The notes beneath the pieces were generated by a model that saw only the letters and a program-made list of their open reading frames with translations, ran no database searches and was not told the DNA's origin. The position numbers and the translations under genes are program-made. A DNA stretch of 64,000 nucleotides from a virus (Duplodnaviria > Caudoviricetes): IMG/VR virus record IMGVR_UViG_2890906962_000004, positions 1-64,000 of that record; one strand, 5' to 3'. Positions 18,514 to 28,619 of the stretch are shown here, piece by piece (the first letter of the stretch is position 1; every line of letters begins with the position of its first letter).

Positions 18514-19173
18514 ATGCAACAGAAAATCGCAGTATTTGCCCTGTCCTTTGCCTCCCCGATGTGGGCGAGCGCTGTATTTAATGACGGGATCCTGACGTTT
18601 GGTGAAGTTAAGAAGATTTCCGCGAAGCTAAAGGACCAAGAAACCAAGGTTAAGCCGGCAGTCGTTAAGCTTATGGATAGCGGCTTTAAGGTGCTGGTGG
18701 ATGAAGTTAGCCCCATTGTGACAGCCGGCACCGGCGCGTCACTCATTAAGCTCTCAAGCAAGCACCGTGACGAGCGTCCCGTGCTGGTGGCAGGACTTGA
18801 ACGGTACCGGGAATTAAAGCGCCTTAGTGCGATTGTCTTCCCTCCCAAATCAGGCGAGCGATTCAACATCCCCGAAGACGTTGTAGAGTCCGAATTCAAC
18901 TCAAGCGGCGATGAAGTGTACCGGATCAACTGGCCGGTGCTGACAGCCGATCACGTAGTCACCATCCTGGCGTGTTATGCAACGATTTATTACCCCGTAG
19001 CCAGTGCCGCCTACATTGCCGGGCTCAATGCCGATATACCCGATAAAAAGCCCACCAGCGGCATAGTCGCAGCGTTTAACCGAATCCTTAACGCACGGCA
19101 TATCAATGACGTAAATCCTTCACCTGAGCCGTTAACGGGCCGTGTGATTGATGAAAGCACGAGGATTCTATAG
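18514..19173 (+). CDS. phage morphogenesis-cluster hypothetical protein
   Basis: GAGGA RBS before ATG 18514; first gene of the operon. Confidence 0.75.
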   Translation: MQQKIAVFALSFASPMWASAVFNDGILTFGEVKKISAKLKDQETKVKPAVVKLMDSGFKVLVDEVSPIVTAGTGASLIKLSSKHRDERPVLVAGLERYRELKRLSAIVFPPKSGERFNIPEDVVESEFNSSGDEVYRINWPVLTADHVVTILACYATIYYPVASAAYIAGLNADIPDKKPTSGIVAAFNRILNARHINDVNPSPEPLTGRVIDESTRIL

Positions 19174-19175
19174 CC

Positions 19176-19502
19176 ATGAACTATAACCGCTTAGATGACC
19201 GCTTTATTGAGAGCGATGTGCTACGGGCCATGATGCACCGTGAGATGTTGGATCGAGTGAGTCAGTACAACGAGGACAACTTTGATTATGTGATTAAGGT
19301 TGATGAACAGTACCGCTCAGACCTGGCCGCGTTCCGCGCATACGGTACCCAAGAATTACGGTGGGTATTCCGCGTTATTGCCGGCCATGAAAGTGAGTAT
19401 GAAGCACTCCCCACGGGTAAGACGTTCACCCTGCCCGATTCCACCTGGTTACGTAACAAAATCCGCGACTATGCGGAAAAATCCGGTGCGATAGATGGCT
19501 GA
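19176..19502 (+). CDS. P1 gp26-like baseplate protein
   Basis: YRSDLAAFRAYG..ELRW (LysM-like wedge); synteny 26-25-7-24-6-5. Confidence 0.75.
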   Translation: MNYNRLDDRFIESDVLRAMMHREMLDRVSQYNEDNFDYVIKVDEQYRSDLAAFRAYGTQELRWVFRVIAGHESEYEALPTGKTFTLPDSTWLRNKIRDYAEKSGAIDG

Positions 19503-20691
19503 CATTCCAAGGACTAACGCCGGTCGATACCAGACAGACGGTTTGAGCCCTCAAGACTTCAACCGAGTATTTGACCAGATACAACAAGATCAGCGAAAGA
19601 AGCGGCGTAGGGCGCGTTCTACCATCACGCCGTTTCTACTCAAAAATAAATCGCTTGATGACATTATCAAGCTCGGTCGCCGAAAAGGTGGGATGTACTT
19701 CACCAAAGACGATTTAAAAGGCTTTGAGCGTAATCGTAACGATGCCCGGAACAAGTTCACCAATGGCGAGGCCGGGATCACTTATGCGCAATTAATCTCG
19801 CACAGTCAGCAGATTGATATTAAGCGCGCTAACAACAAGGTCGATAACGGGCTAGGCATTACCAGTGCCACCCCTGTATCTATCAAACATAACTTACTCA
19901 TTGTTCGGGTTCAGGCGTCCCAGGCGTCACATGACCAACATCACCGCGTAAAGATCCGGTTTGAGCAATGGGATGCACTACTGGATGAATTAACAGATGA
20001 TAAGCGGAAAAATCAGGCAATTGTTCGCCAGCTCTGCGCTGGTCGCCTCTCTTTCGACTGCGATTGCGGTAGGCACCAGTATTGGTACCGATATATCGCC
20101 ACAGCAGGTAACTTTGCCGTTGCACCCCCGAAAGAATACGCCTACCCCAAGGAAAAGAACCCGAACCTTAAAGGCGTAGCTTGTAAGCACGTCATTCATG
20201 CTACTACGCGTCTACAGTCACCAGCCTGGCAAGTCCGTGTCCTGCAAACAATGCTGCAGGTCGCAAAGCAAGTCGGCTATGGTGATGACCGGCGCAATAC
20301 TACCGAGCACTTTTCCGATAACGAGCAAAAGCAGCTCAACCGTAACCGTAAATCGCAGACTAATGCCGCCGCACTGAAACGTGAATGGCAAATCTATCAA
20401 CGCCGCCAGGTTGCGCTAGGTAAAAAGCTCGATGACGAGAACGGCAGTATTGATGACCTACGCAAGCAGCTCACTAAATCTAAATCCCTCACCAAAGCCC
20501 AACGTAAGAAAGCCGAAACCGCCCAGGCAAAGCTACAAAAAGAGCGCGATAAAAACGCCCTACTCCAACAGCAATTAGCTGATCAGTTTCAAGTCCGTAA
20601 ACAGGCGTTTATTGATGCCCTGGTTATGACGGGATTAAGCGAGAAGGACGCCACGGCCAAGTTTATGCAGACAGTTAAAGGAGGCCGTTAA
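19495..20691 (+). CDS. P1 gp25-like tail protein (SWIM-like Zn motif)
   Basis: FDCDCGRHQYWYRY...NP.LKGVACKH; synteny. Confidence 0.8.
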   Translation: MADIPRTNAGRYQTDGLSPQDFNRVFDQIQQDQRKKRRRARSTITPFLLKNKSLDDIIKLGRRKGGMYFTKDDLKGFERNRNDARNKFTNGEAGITYAQLISHSQQIDIKRANNKVDNGLGITSATPVSIKHNLLIVRVQASQASHDQHHRVKIRFEQWDALLDELTDDKRKNQAIVRQLCAGRLSFDCDCGRHQYWYRYIATAGNFAVAPPKEYAYPKEKNPNLKGVACKHVIHATTRLQSPAWQVRVLQTMLQVAKQVGYGDDRRNTTEHFSDNEQKQLNRNRKSQTNAAALKREWQIYQRRQVALGKKLDDENGSIDDLRKQLTKSKSLTKAQRKKAETAQAKLQKERDKNALLQQQLADQFQVRKQAFIDALVMTGLSEKDATAKFMQTVKGGR

Positions 20692-20693
20692 TA

Positions 20694-21602
20694 ATGGGCC
20701 GCTATGATGATTTTTTTGAAGACGAGACACCTACCGTCACGCCGACTGAATTCAGTCCGACTCCCACCGTTGAACCACAAGCCGATGCACCGGCAGCGGT
20801 AACGCCATCACCAGAAATTACGCCAGATACGACAGAAAGCGCGCCAGAATCGGCAGAAAACGCAACAACTGAGCCAGAAACCGCGCCAGATGTGCCAAGA
20901 ACGGAGGAACAAGCCCCCCAAAGTGAGACACAAGCTCCTGCAGACGACACGAGCTCCGATACTGAGGCAAGTAGCTCCGATACTAGCGCCACGAGCTCCG
21001 ATACTCACGACACTGCAGAAGTGCCAGAAACCGAGCAACCGGAAACCGCACCGGTCGTCCCGTCAGTTATTGCCGGCAAGCAACAATCCACCAGCTTAAA
21101 ACCTCGTTACCAGGGTGATAGCGAATTCAGTCAGATGGTGGCCGAAGATTGGTTTGAAACCATAAAAGCCGATCCTCGCAGTTACCAGGCGCTTTTATAT
21201 CGCCCGTCCAATGGCACCTATGGCGTGGTGGACCCTGAAACGGGTATCGAATCAGACGCCTTTACCGAAATGGATAACAACCAGCGCGAGTTGACGTATG
21301 ACGATCCGGTGATTGTGGTGCTACGTGATAGCAACGATAGCCGCGAGGCTTTTGCAGCCCTAGACGATGACTCAAATCAGGATGGGCTGGTGGATGACTA
21401 CCTGATTGTGTCGATCGCCGATAAGCACGTCCCGAAAGGCTCAATCCTTGAATGGAACGAGGAAACGCTAGACGGTGGCGAGCGCCGCGTATGGTGGTAT
21501 GTGAACCAACTTTACAGCTATGGCACACAGCATGTCGGCACCCTGTATTACTGCATACCAGCTCGAACCTTTGACACAACTGATTCAGGGAAACCGCAAT
21601 GA
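20694..21602 (+). CDS. P1 gp7-like neck/tail protein with long acidic Pro/Thr insert
   Basis: C-terminal LEW.E......WWY...YG....G.LYYCIP; synteny. Confidence 0.7.
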   Translation: MGRYDDFFEDETPTVTPTEFSPTPTVEPQADAPAAVTPSPEITPDTTESAPESAENATTEPETAPDVPRTEEQAPQSETQAPADDTSSDTEASSSDTSATSSDTHDTAEVPETEQPETAPVVPSVIAGKQQSTSLKPRYQGDSEFSQMVAEDWFETIKADPRSYQALLYRPSNGTYGVVDPETGIESDAFTEMDNNQRELTYDDPVIVVLRDSNDSREAFAALDDDSNQDGLVDDYLIVSIADKHVPKGSILEWNEETLDGGERRVWWYVNQLYSYGTQHVGTLYYCIPARTFDTTDSGKPQ

Positions 21603-22366
21603 GTGACTTATCAACAATCCCCTTATCTCGTACCGGCGAGTGGCAAACAACACGAACCGGCAAATATGAAACTATCGGACTCAAGACGGTAGATGATGCC
21701 CTGGCGGCGCGCATTAGTGGGATGTTTTCTAATGCCGTGGTGTTAGGGAGCAATCCAGGGACAGAACGTTTCGCCTCTTTCCTCAATCGTAAGCCACAAG
21801 AGCGCGTCTATAGCGGTAAATTCGATGACGTTGCACAAATACTCCGATCCATTGGACAGGAAAAGTCAGGTCAGCAAGCAACCCTGAGCGATGCACAGAT
21901 TAACAGTCTGGCTTTGCCCGTGGTGAACGTGTCCCGAAACTTTGATCTGGTATTTGAAAACGGCGATGAAGGGAAAGCCGTATGGAATTACAGCTTTTTC
22001 ACGGATGACGCCGGGACGCCACTCGCTGACCTTTTAACGCAGTATGTGAGCCTGAGTTATGAGGTGATGCTTATCGCTGCAGAGAAAGAAACGCTGGCGA
22101 TGATGTGTAATGCCCTAGCGGCATCTTTCTACAGCATGACGGAGCACACCCTAGCCCATACAGGAAAACTCTATTACTCAGACATTCCCCTGCAGAGTGC
22201 AATTGCTACCCCTAAATCACTGATGTTCAGTGAAATGACGCCGAGCACAACGGGCCGGATCTTTGCGGCCAGCCTTCCCTTAACGGTTACTGCGCAAGTC
22301 GTTTCCGCGTGGGAATTGCAAGCAAGACGGGTGACTACAACCGTTGGAATGGAGCTAAGAAGATAA
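21599..22366 (+). CDS. P1 gp24-like tail protein
   Basis: 255 aa; LPVVNVSR; synteny. Confidence 0.7.
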   Translation: MSDLSTIPLSRTGEWQTTRTGKYETIGLKTVDDALAARISGMFSNAVVLGSNPGTERFASFLNRKPQERVYSGKFDDVAQILRSIGQEKSGQQATLSDAQINSLALPVVNVSRNFDLVFENGDEGKAVWNYSFFTDDAGTPLADLLTQYVSLSYEVMLIAAEKETLAMMCNALAASFYSMTEHTLAHTGKLYYSDIPLQSAIATPKSLMFSEMTPSTTGRIFAASLPLTVTAQVVSAWELQARRVTTTVGMELRR

Positions 22367-22367
22367 T

Positions 22368-23342
22368 ATGGACACACTCCACCAGCTATTCCTTCAATCC
22401 GTCACAATCAACGGTACCGAGGTGCCGCGTAGCGCCATTTTCAAGGTGATTTACATCGAGAAAACGTCCCTACAAGCGCCGATTATTATCCTGTCTATCC
22501 ATGATACCGCCGGAAAGATTGCCGATGACTACAAGGCTAAGTACGGCGCGAAAATGGTTGCCGAGATCGGGGACCCGTCCGGGCAGGAATCAAGCTACAA
22601 GGAAAACTTTTTTATCACCTCAGCACCGGTTGAGGGGGATGTGGTGACAGTCATTGCGACAACCGAGGACATTTACCGCCTCAAGACGCCTTCTACGCGC
22701 TCATGGCTTTACACAGACCGACAGCCAGGTGATGTGATGAACGCGCACAAGGGCAGCACGAGAGTAGTCAGTGACGTGGTGAAGAAACCATGTACCTATC
22801 ACCTCAATATCGGCGACAAGCCCTCTAAGATGCTCTCAAAGATGGCTAAGGATAGAGCCTCGTTAGTGTGGATTGCACAAGGCGTCTTTACCTTTCGTTC
22901 CTACGATGCCCTGATGAAAGACCCTATCGCCTTTGAGTATGAAGCCTATAACCCGTCAGCGCGCTACACCATAAGCCGCATGAGTAATATCAACAAAGAT
23001 AACTCCGCGTTAGAGGCCGTGCGTTTTTACTTCACTTCCTGGTCCTCGATCGATGGTTATGTGACGGCAGGTGATCCGAAACTGCCGATTAGGCATATCT
23101 CAGACGCCGACAAAGAAACCCTTACCGCCATGACCCGAACCATGGTCCCGAAACTTGAAATTGATGTGACCGGCAATGCGGCCATCAAGGCAGGGATGGT
23201 TATCGGGATAACCATTCACCGCATGGACAAAGAGAACCAGGTAAGTGAAGCCCTACCTCAAAAAATGGTCGTGCTACGCGTAGCCCATGTTGAGCAGCGC
23301 GATACGTACATGACGCGCATGATTTTAGGAGTACCGAACTGA
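22368..23342 (+). CDS. P1 gp6-like baseplate hub protein
   Basis: 324 aa directly before the spike gene; synteny. Confidence 0.72.
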   Translation: MDTLHQLFLQSVTINGTEVPRSAIFKVIYIEKTSLQAPIIILSIHDTAGKIADDYKAKYGAKMVAEIGDPSGQESSYKENFFITSAPVEGDVVTVIATTEDIYRLKTPSTRSWLYTDRQPGDVMNAHKGSTRVVSDVVKKPCTYHLNIGDKPSKMLSKMAKDRASLVWIAQGVFTFRSYDALMKDPIAFEYEAYNPSARYTISRMSNINKDNSALEAVRFYFTSWSSIDGYVTAGDPKLPIRHISDADKETLTAMTRTMVPKLEIDVTGNAAIKAGMVIGITIHRMDKENQVSEALPQKMVVLRVAHVEQRDTYMTRMILGVPN

Positions 23343-23950
23343 TGAAAAGACGTGCCGTGATAGTCGGAACCATGCACCCTGGCGGATTGATGCGCGCCCA
23401 GGTGCGATTAACGCCAGATTGGCAAGGGATTGATGATAAGGATCTGCCTTGGGCTGAGTATTTGATGCCTATTGGCAATGGCTTTGTGCCAACGATTCAA
23501 GGCGATCTTGTATGGGTAGAGTTTCCGTATCTCGATGATGACGGCAAGCCTGACACGCGTAGACCGCTTATTGTGGGTGCTGCAGAACAAGCCCCTGGTG
23601 GCGTCCCTAACGTTGCCGCTGAGGCATCCGGGCAAGGGCAACCATATAATCCGGGTAAGTCTGATGGTGCGCCGGCGCGCCCTTCCACCAGCAAGACGAA
23701 AGATGCCGTAATCCACCGCAATAACTTACTGGAAGTGAGAACGGCTGGTGGTGGCTATGAGATAGCAAATACCGCAGGTGGTTCGCGTATAGGGATGAAT
23801 GAGGCCGGCCAGATTTATATCATTAGCCCTGATAATGCGGTGATTAACGCCGGTGGTGATTTAACCTTTAATGCAGGAGGAAAGATCGCGATCAAGGCCG
23901 GTGGAAAGTTTTCGGTCGTGGCTGGTGGTATGTCGTTCGATAAAGGTTGA
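23342..23950 (+). CDS. P1 gp5-like baseplate spike (gpV-type OB fold)
   Basis: R.QVR...LPWAEY..P..GDLVWVEF. Confidence 0.85.
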   Translation: MKRRAVIVGTMHPGGLMRAQVRLTPDWQGIDDKDLPWAEYLMPIGNGFVPTIQGDLVWVEFPYLDDDGKPDTRRPLIVGAAEQAPGGVPNVAAEASGQGQPYNPGKSDGAPARPSTSKTKDAVIHRNNLLEVRTAGGGYEIANTAGGSRIGMNEAGQIYIISPDNAVINAGGDLTFNAGGKIAIKAGGKFSVVAGGMSFDKG

Positions 23951-24025
23951 TATAACGTTGTAATCTTTATGGTATATTTCGATAGTGCACTTTTACATAA
24001 TACACTATTAGAAAATTATCAGCCT

Positions 24026-24937
24026 ATGTCACCTTTTTTTAAAAGCGCGCAAGTTTATAGCTTGCGCCGTAATGATGTCATTGACACCAAGGAAATTGAG
24101 AATCAACTTGCGTCACAAGCCTTTAAGCCTTGCGCCTCGCAAGACAAAGAATCTGTAGGGTGGACGCCGATTATCGGGGAGCTATTTGCGCTGGTTCAAG
24201 GCAATAACCTGCTAATCAAGTGGCAGCGTGAAGAAAAAATACTCCCTTCAACGGTCGTCAAAGAAGAAGTGGCCAAGCGCGCTGCAGTGCGTGAAGAACA
24301 GCAAGAACGCCGGCTGAAAAAGACGGAGCGTGACGCGCTAAAAGATGAAGTCATTCACGCCTTTATGCCTCGTGCCTTTACCCGTCAAAAGTTCGCCTTT
24401 GTATGGATTGACCTCGACAATAGCCGTGTGGTGGTTAATGCCAGTAGCGCTAAGCAAGCAGAGAACATCTTAGCATTACTGCGCAAGTCCATCGGCTCGC
24501 TCCCAGTGGTCCCTTTCACGCTTGAGTCCCCTATGTCACTGACCGCTAAAGAGTGGTTAGCCTCGCAAGAGCTCCCTGCTCAATTCCATACGGGTGATTC
24601 GGTCCGTCTTTCCGGCGTGGTGGAAGGTACCGGCAGTGTCGCTTACACCAAAAGCGAGATATTCAGTGATGAAGTCGTTACCAATATCAATAACGGAAAA
24701 ATTGTTGCGGCAATTGGCCTGAATTGGAACGAGCGGATCAGCTTTAAAATTGATGATGGGCTATCAATTACCGGCATTAAATTTGCCGACATTCTGACCG
24801 AGCAAAACAACGATATTAGCCGTGAAGACGTTGCTATCCGCTTTGATGCCGACTTTCTGTTATTCCGCTCAGAGTTTAACGAGATGTTTTCGGCGCTGGT
24901 GGCCGCGTTGGGTGGCGAGGTGGTGTATGGCGCGTAA
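24026..24937 (+). CDS. rdgC: recombination-associated protein RdgC (HrdC-like)
   Basis: F.PC...D.ES.GW.P, EEKILP..VVK, LLRKSIGSLPVVP and FDADF. Confidence 0.93.
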   Translation: MSPFFKSAQVYSLRRNDVIDTKEIENQLASQAFKPCASQDKESVGWTPIIGELFALVQGNNLLIKWQREEKILPSTVVKEEVAKRAAVREEQQERRLKKTERDALKDEVIHAFMPRAFTRQKFAFVWIDLDNSRVVVNASSAKQAENILALLRKSIGSLPVVPFTLESPMSLTAKEWLASQELPAQFHTGDSVRLSGVVEGTGSVAYTKSEIFSDEVVTNINNGKIVAAIGLNWNERISFKIDDGLSITGIKFADILTEQNNDISREDVAIRFDADFLLFRSEFNEMFSALVAALGGEVVYGA

Positions 24938-25781
24938 AAAAGAGCCATCACCTTACACTAAACCGTTTTTAAAATGGGCTGGCGGTAAGTTTCTGCAATT
25001 ACCGGACATTCTACCGCTACTGGAAGGCCACCAGCGGCTTATCGAGCCTTTTGCTGGTGGAGGTTCAATATTTCTTAATGCCGGCCTTAAAACAGCTCTC
25101 ATTAACGATAATTGCTCAGACCTTATTAATACCTATCAGCAACTCAAAGAGAACGCGCACGACATTATCACACGCGCCTTTCGCCTGTTTCAGCTCTATA
25201 ACGGGCAAAAGCCTTACTTACGGATCCGCCAGAAGTTTAACGAGGGAAGATATACCCCTGCAGAACGTGCGGCCGTGTTTATCTACCTAAATCGGCATTG
25301 CTTCAATGGGCTTATGCGTTTCAACGGTAAGGGCGAGTTCAATGTGGGTTTTGGCAAATATGAAGCGCCCTACTTTCCCCTTGCTGAGCTCGAAAACTTT
25401 CTCGGTTGTTGTGAAGGCATTACGTTTAGTTGCGAGGACTATTCGACCGTTATTGAACAAGCCGGTGCCGGTGATGTTGTGTTTTGTGATCCGCCCTATG
25501 AGCCAATGCCGGATAAGGAAGGATTCACTCAATACAGTAACGGGACCATCTTTAAGATGGCAGACCAAGAAAGGCTCGTTAAATGCGCCCTGGAAGCCCA
25601 CCAGCGCGGCGCAACTATCATCATAACCAATAGCGGTGCTGAGTCGATTAGAGAGCTATACCGTGCCAATGGCTTTGATATTCGGGAAGTGTTGGTAAAG
25701 CGTAGCATGTCGAGTAAGGCAGGCACGAAAACGAGGGCGAAAGACGTTATCGCCGTGCTTGAGTCGTTGATACCGTTTTAA
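24927..25781 (+). CDS. dam: Dam-family DNA adenine methyltransferase
   Basis: LKWAGGK, EPFAGGGS, YLNRHCFNGL.R.N and DPPY; start taken at ATG 24927. Confidence 0.93.
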   Translation: MARKKEPSPYTKPFLKWAGGKFLQLPDILPLLEGHQRLIEPFAGGGSIFLNAGLKTALINDNCSDLINTYQQLKENAHDIITRAFRLFQLYNGQKPYLRIRQKFNEGRYTPAERAAVFIYLNRHCFNGLMRFNGKGEFNVGFGKYEAPYFPLAELENFLGCCEGITFSCEDYSTVIEQAGAGDVVFCDPPYEPMPDKEGFTQYSNGTIFKMADQERLVKCALEAHQRGATIIITNSGAESIRELYRANGFDIREVLVKRSMSSKAGTKTRAKDVIAVLESLIPF

Positions 25782-25786
25782 ACATC

Positions 25787-26557
25787 ATGGAAAAAATTAT
25801 GGAAAAAAAATTAAATATTACTTTCGACACTCGCTGGCTTGCCTTGAAGCAGGAGTTTGAACAAGACCCTGTAAAATTAGCCTTCAAGCTATTTCCGCGT
25901 GAGTTAAATCAGTATCAAAAGAAACTTATCACCAATAAAAGGATTATGACGGCCATTACCTATTGTTCAGGCTCAGGAACAACTAAAGGGATAGCAATAC
26001 TGGCTGTCTTGAATATGCTGTTTAAGCCAGAGTGTCCGGTAAACATTTACCTACTTGACTCTCATAAATCACCCTACGTTGTGCGGCTTAAAAAATATTG
26101 TTTTCAGTTAGTTCAAACATTAATACAGAGTAACCCTTGGATTAAGCTGCATTTAGAGGGCAGTGAATTAGGTATTGACTATAAAGACGCTTCACACGGC
26201 GAAGGGTTACACTTGGTCAGCATGGATAATATGGATGGCTATTTAGATCCATTTAGAGACAGCGAATACGGGGCCCTGAGAATCGTTACCAACGCACATC
26301 GCATCCCTGAGAAAACATTTAGGATGTTGATGGGGTTTATAGTTGAAGAAGATGACAGGTTAGTGATGATTTCACACCCTGATGATGGTGAAAGTGACTT
26401 TAAAACGCTGTTTATTGAAAACCCAAGTCATATAAAAACACTTACATTCAAAGCTATTGATAGTGGGCTTATTGGTGAAGCCTACTTAGAGCAGATGACT
26501 AAGAAGTACCCTGTAGGGAGTAAAGAATATCAGCGCCGTTTTTACGGTGAATGGTAA
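25787..26557 (+). CDS. degenerate terminase-ATPase-like protein
   Basis: Resembles PacB N-terminal half (SGSGTT, RLVMISHP, KY...S.EY.RR..GEW) but lacks canonical Walker A Lys and Walker B DE. Confidence 0.6.
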   Translation: MEKIMEKKLNITFDTRWLALKQEFEQDPVKLAFKLFPRELNQYQKKLITNKRIMTAITYCSGSGTTKGIAILAVLNMLFKPECPVNIYLLDSHKSPYVVRLKKYCFQLVQTLIQSNPWIKLHLEGSELGIDYKDASHGEGLHLVSMDNMDGYLDPFRDSEYGALRIVTNAHRIPEKTFRMLMGFIVEEDDRLVMISHPDDGESDFKTLFIENPSHIKTLTFKAIDSGLIGEAYLEQMTKKYPVGSKEYQRRFYGEW

Positions 26558-26610
26558 AAACTAAGCCCTGACTATCAGGGCTTTTTATTAGGCGGTATTA
26601 GACGACCGGG

Positions 26611-27036
26611 CTAAGCGGTTATTCTTAACTCAACGTGTTTTCCAAGGTGTGCTAACGCCAGTTCTAGCGTTTCTACTTTAGAAGAATGACCAACGTTAAG
26701 AAGTCGGTCAATTTGAGGTGGTTTCTGCCCCAGACGGCGAGCTAACTCTGCTTTACGCACTCCGCTCTCGATCATCGCATTATGTAAAGCCGCCTTTAAT
26801 GCCACCAGCACCGGCACGCAAACAAGGTGATCACCTTCTTGCGGTTGTGATGTTACTGGTACAATTCGGCGTTGCTCGATTTCAAGCGAGATAGCGGCAG
26901 TTAGCCCGTCAACCGATTCAAGCAAACACTCGTCTAAAGTGTCACCCACCGAAGCCATTAAAGGCAAATCACGGCAAGTCGCCAGATAGCTATCAGTTTC
27001 TTTGTCATGCTCAATTTGTACTGCGTACTTGAACAT
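26611..27036 (-). CDS. hicB: HicB antitoxin
   Basis: Y.ATCRDLP..S.GDT plus C-terminal HTH KAELARRLG..P.IDRL. Confidence 0.9.
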   Translation of the reverse strand: MFKYAVQIEHDKETDSYLATCRDLPLMASVGDTLDECLLESVDGLTAAISLEIEQRRIVPVTSQPQEGDHLVCVPVLVALKAALHNAMIESGVRKAELARRLGQKPPQIDRLLNVGHSSKVETLELALAHLGKHVELRITA

Positions 27037-27083
27037 AGTAGCTCCGTTAAAAGTAGTAGGACTATCGTTATAGTGATGGGGCC

Positions 27084-27266
27084 TTACAGCCCCAAGTCCT
27101 TAATAATCTTCTTTCTTAATGGCTCTGATATTTCCTTAGAACCATGAAAAGGGAAAATTGACTGTCTATCCATGTAGTAGGCTTTAAAGTGGCTACTGCC
27201 ACCTGATGACTTCTCTAATCTCACTCCATGAGCGAGAAGCCAACGCCTAAATTCACTATATTTCAC
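27084..27266 (-). CDS. hicA: HicA toxin
   Basis: MKYSEFRRWL...GSSH.K...P.HG.KEI...L. Confidence 0.9.
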   Translation of the reverse strand: MKYSEFRRWLLAHGVRLEKSSGGSSHFKAYYMDRQSIFPFHGSKEISEPLRKKIIKDLGL

Positions 27267-27400
27267 AATAATCCTTAGTAAGTTTAGTATGAGGCCATAA
27301 TAACATTTATATTCATAAAAGCAACATTTATGTTGTTTTTTGGGGGTGGTTTTTTTGGATATAAAAAAAGCCTCAAAAGAGGCTCTTTGGTTTAGGCGAC

Positions 27401-28618
27401 TTACACTCTATTTATCTTAGTCAAAATGCTATAGAGACATAGCGAGGGGAAGATACAGAGTATTGCTTTCGGGTAGATCATTAACACGTCTCCAACACCG
27501 AAAACAGCAAGCGGAACAGTGAAGGTAAACGCCGCTAAGTCTACTCTACCCTGCTTTCTAAATGCTAGGACGGTAAGGACGTAAAACGCCAGCATAAGCC
27601 CTGCAGGAGCGATACCCTGCAGCGATGCGATTTCAATTAGCTCGTTATGTACATGGTAAGGAACGTTCCGCAGTGCCTCAGCGTTACCTTTCTCGTTCAC
27701 GTCAATGTACTGGGTAATGTCATGTAACCGCGACGCAGCGCTCTGCCCTGTTAAGTGGTGGCTGGAAGTAGACAAACCCGATTCCCACATACTAAAGCGC
27801 GATCCAATAGACGTGCTGTTATTCGTGTTTTCGTGACTAAGATCGTTGTAAGCCTCAACGAACCTGTCTCGGATTTGATGCGATGCGATAAGTGGGATAG
27901 CGAGTAGCACGATAAAGGCCGGAACGAGTTTGATAACGTCCTTAAATACCATGCTTCTAAAGGTCATAATGAGCAAGATTACAGGGAATAACAGCGTAGC
28001 GCTACGCGTCCCTGTCATAACAATGATTATGAACGTTATCACGCTAACAAGTGTCATTAAGCGGCGTTTATAACGCACGGCAATGGCATTGATCGCATAG
28101 ATACAGAGTAATCCCTGAATCGTTTCGAGATATGCGGCCGTTGTCGATATGCCGCCAATATTAGCCCGTGTACTGTCCTCGCTTAGATAGGTATGAATCC
28201 CCACAAAAGAGGATACCCCAAACGCGAGGCAGATCATTCCTAGCAATGCTAAACGAAACTTCGATATAGCCTCAGAGGGAACTGCGCTAGTCACTAAAAC
28301 GAGCAGAGATAACGGAATGAGAAGCTTATAAGTTTTCGCATAGCTTGTATTGGCAAGCAGCTCACTTACATTTTTATCCCCGAATTCATTTACCCACCAT
28401 AACTGACATAAGGCCATGCACCCTACAACGGCGGCGATCAATACCCATGTTTTAGATAGCTGATACACCCTGCCCTTACTACAAATAAATTGCAGCGCGA
28501 AAATGAATAACGCGAGAAACATCGCGTTGCGGCCCATTATCCATTCAGTAGGAGCCAAAAACGCGCTAATAGGCAATAGCAACATACCAATGCCGTAAAA
28601 TATATCGCGTTTAGTCAT
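27401..28618 (-). CDS. waaL: O-antigen ligase (WaaL/Wzy_C family)
   Basis: Multi-TM; TGTRSA, TSIGSR..MW and HVHNELIE..S..G. Confidence 0.9.
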   Translation of the reverse strand: MTKRDIFYGIGMLLLPISAFLAPTEWIMGRNAMFLALFIFALQFICSKGRVYQLSKTWVLIAAVVGCMALCQLWWVNEFGDKNVSELLANTSYAKTYKLLIPLSLLVLVTSAVPSEAISKFRLALLGMICLAFGVSSFVGIHTYLSEDSTRANIGGISTTAAYLETIQGLLCIYAINAIAVRYKRRLMTLVSVITFIIIVMTGTRSATLLFPVILLIMTFRSMVFKDVIKLVPAFIVLLAIPLIASHQIRDRFVEAYNDLSHENTNNSTSIGSRFSMWESGLSTSSHHLTGQSAASRLHDITQYIDVNEKGNAEALRNVPYHVHNELIEIASLQGIAPAGLMLAFYVLTVLAFRKQGRVDLAAFTFTVPLAVFGVGDVLMIYPKAILCIFPSLCLYSILTKINRV

Positions 28619-28619
28619 G

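Noticed and set aside
24822-24926. Longer Dam start
   Set aside because: Lies inside rdgC; the Dam-like sequence starts at MARKK (24927)
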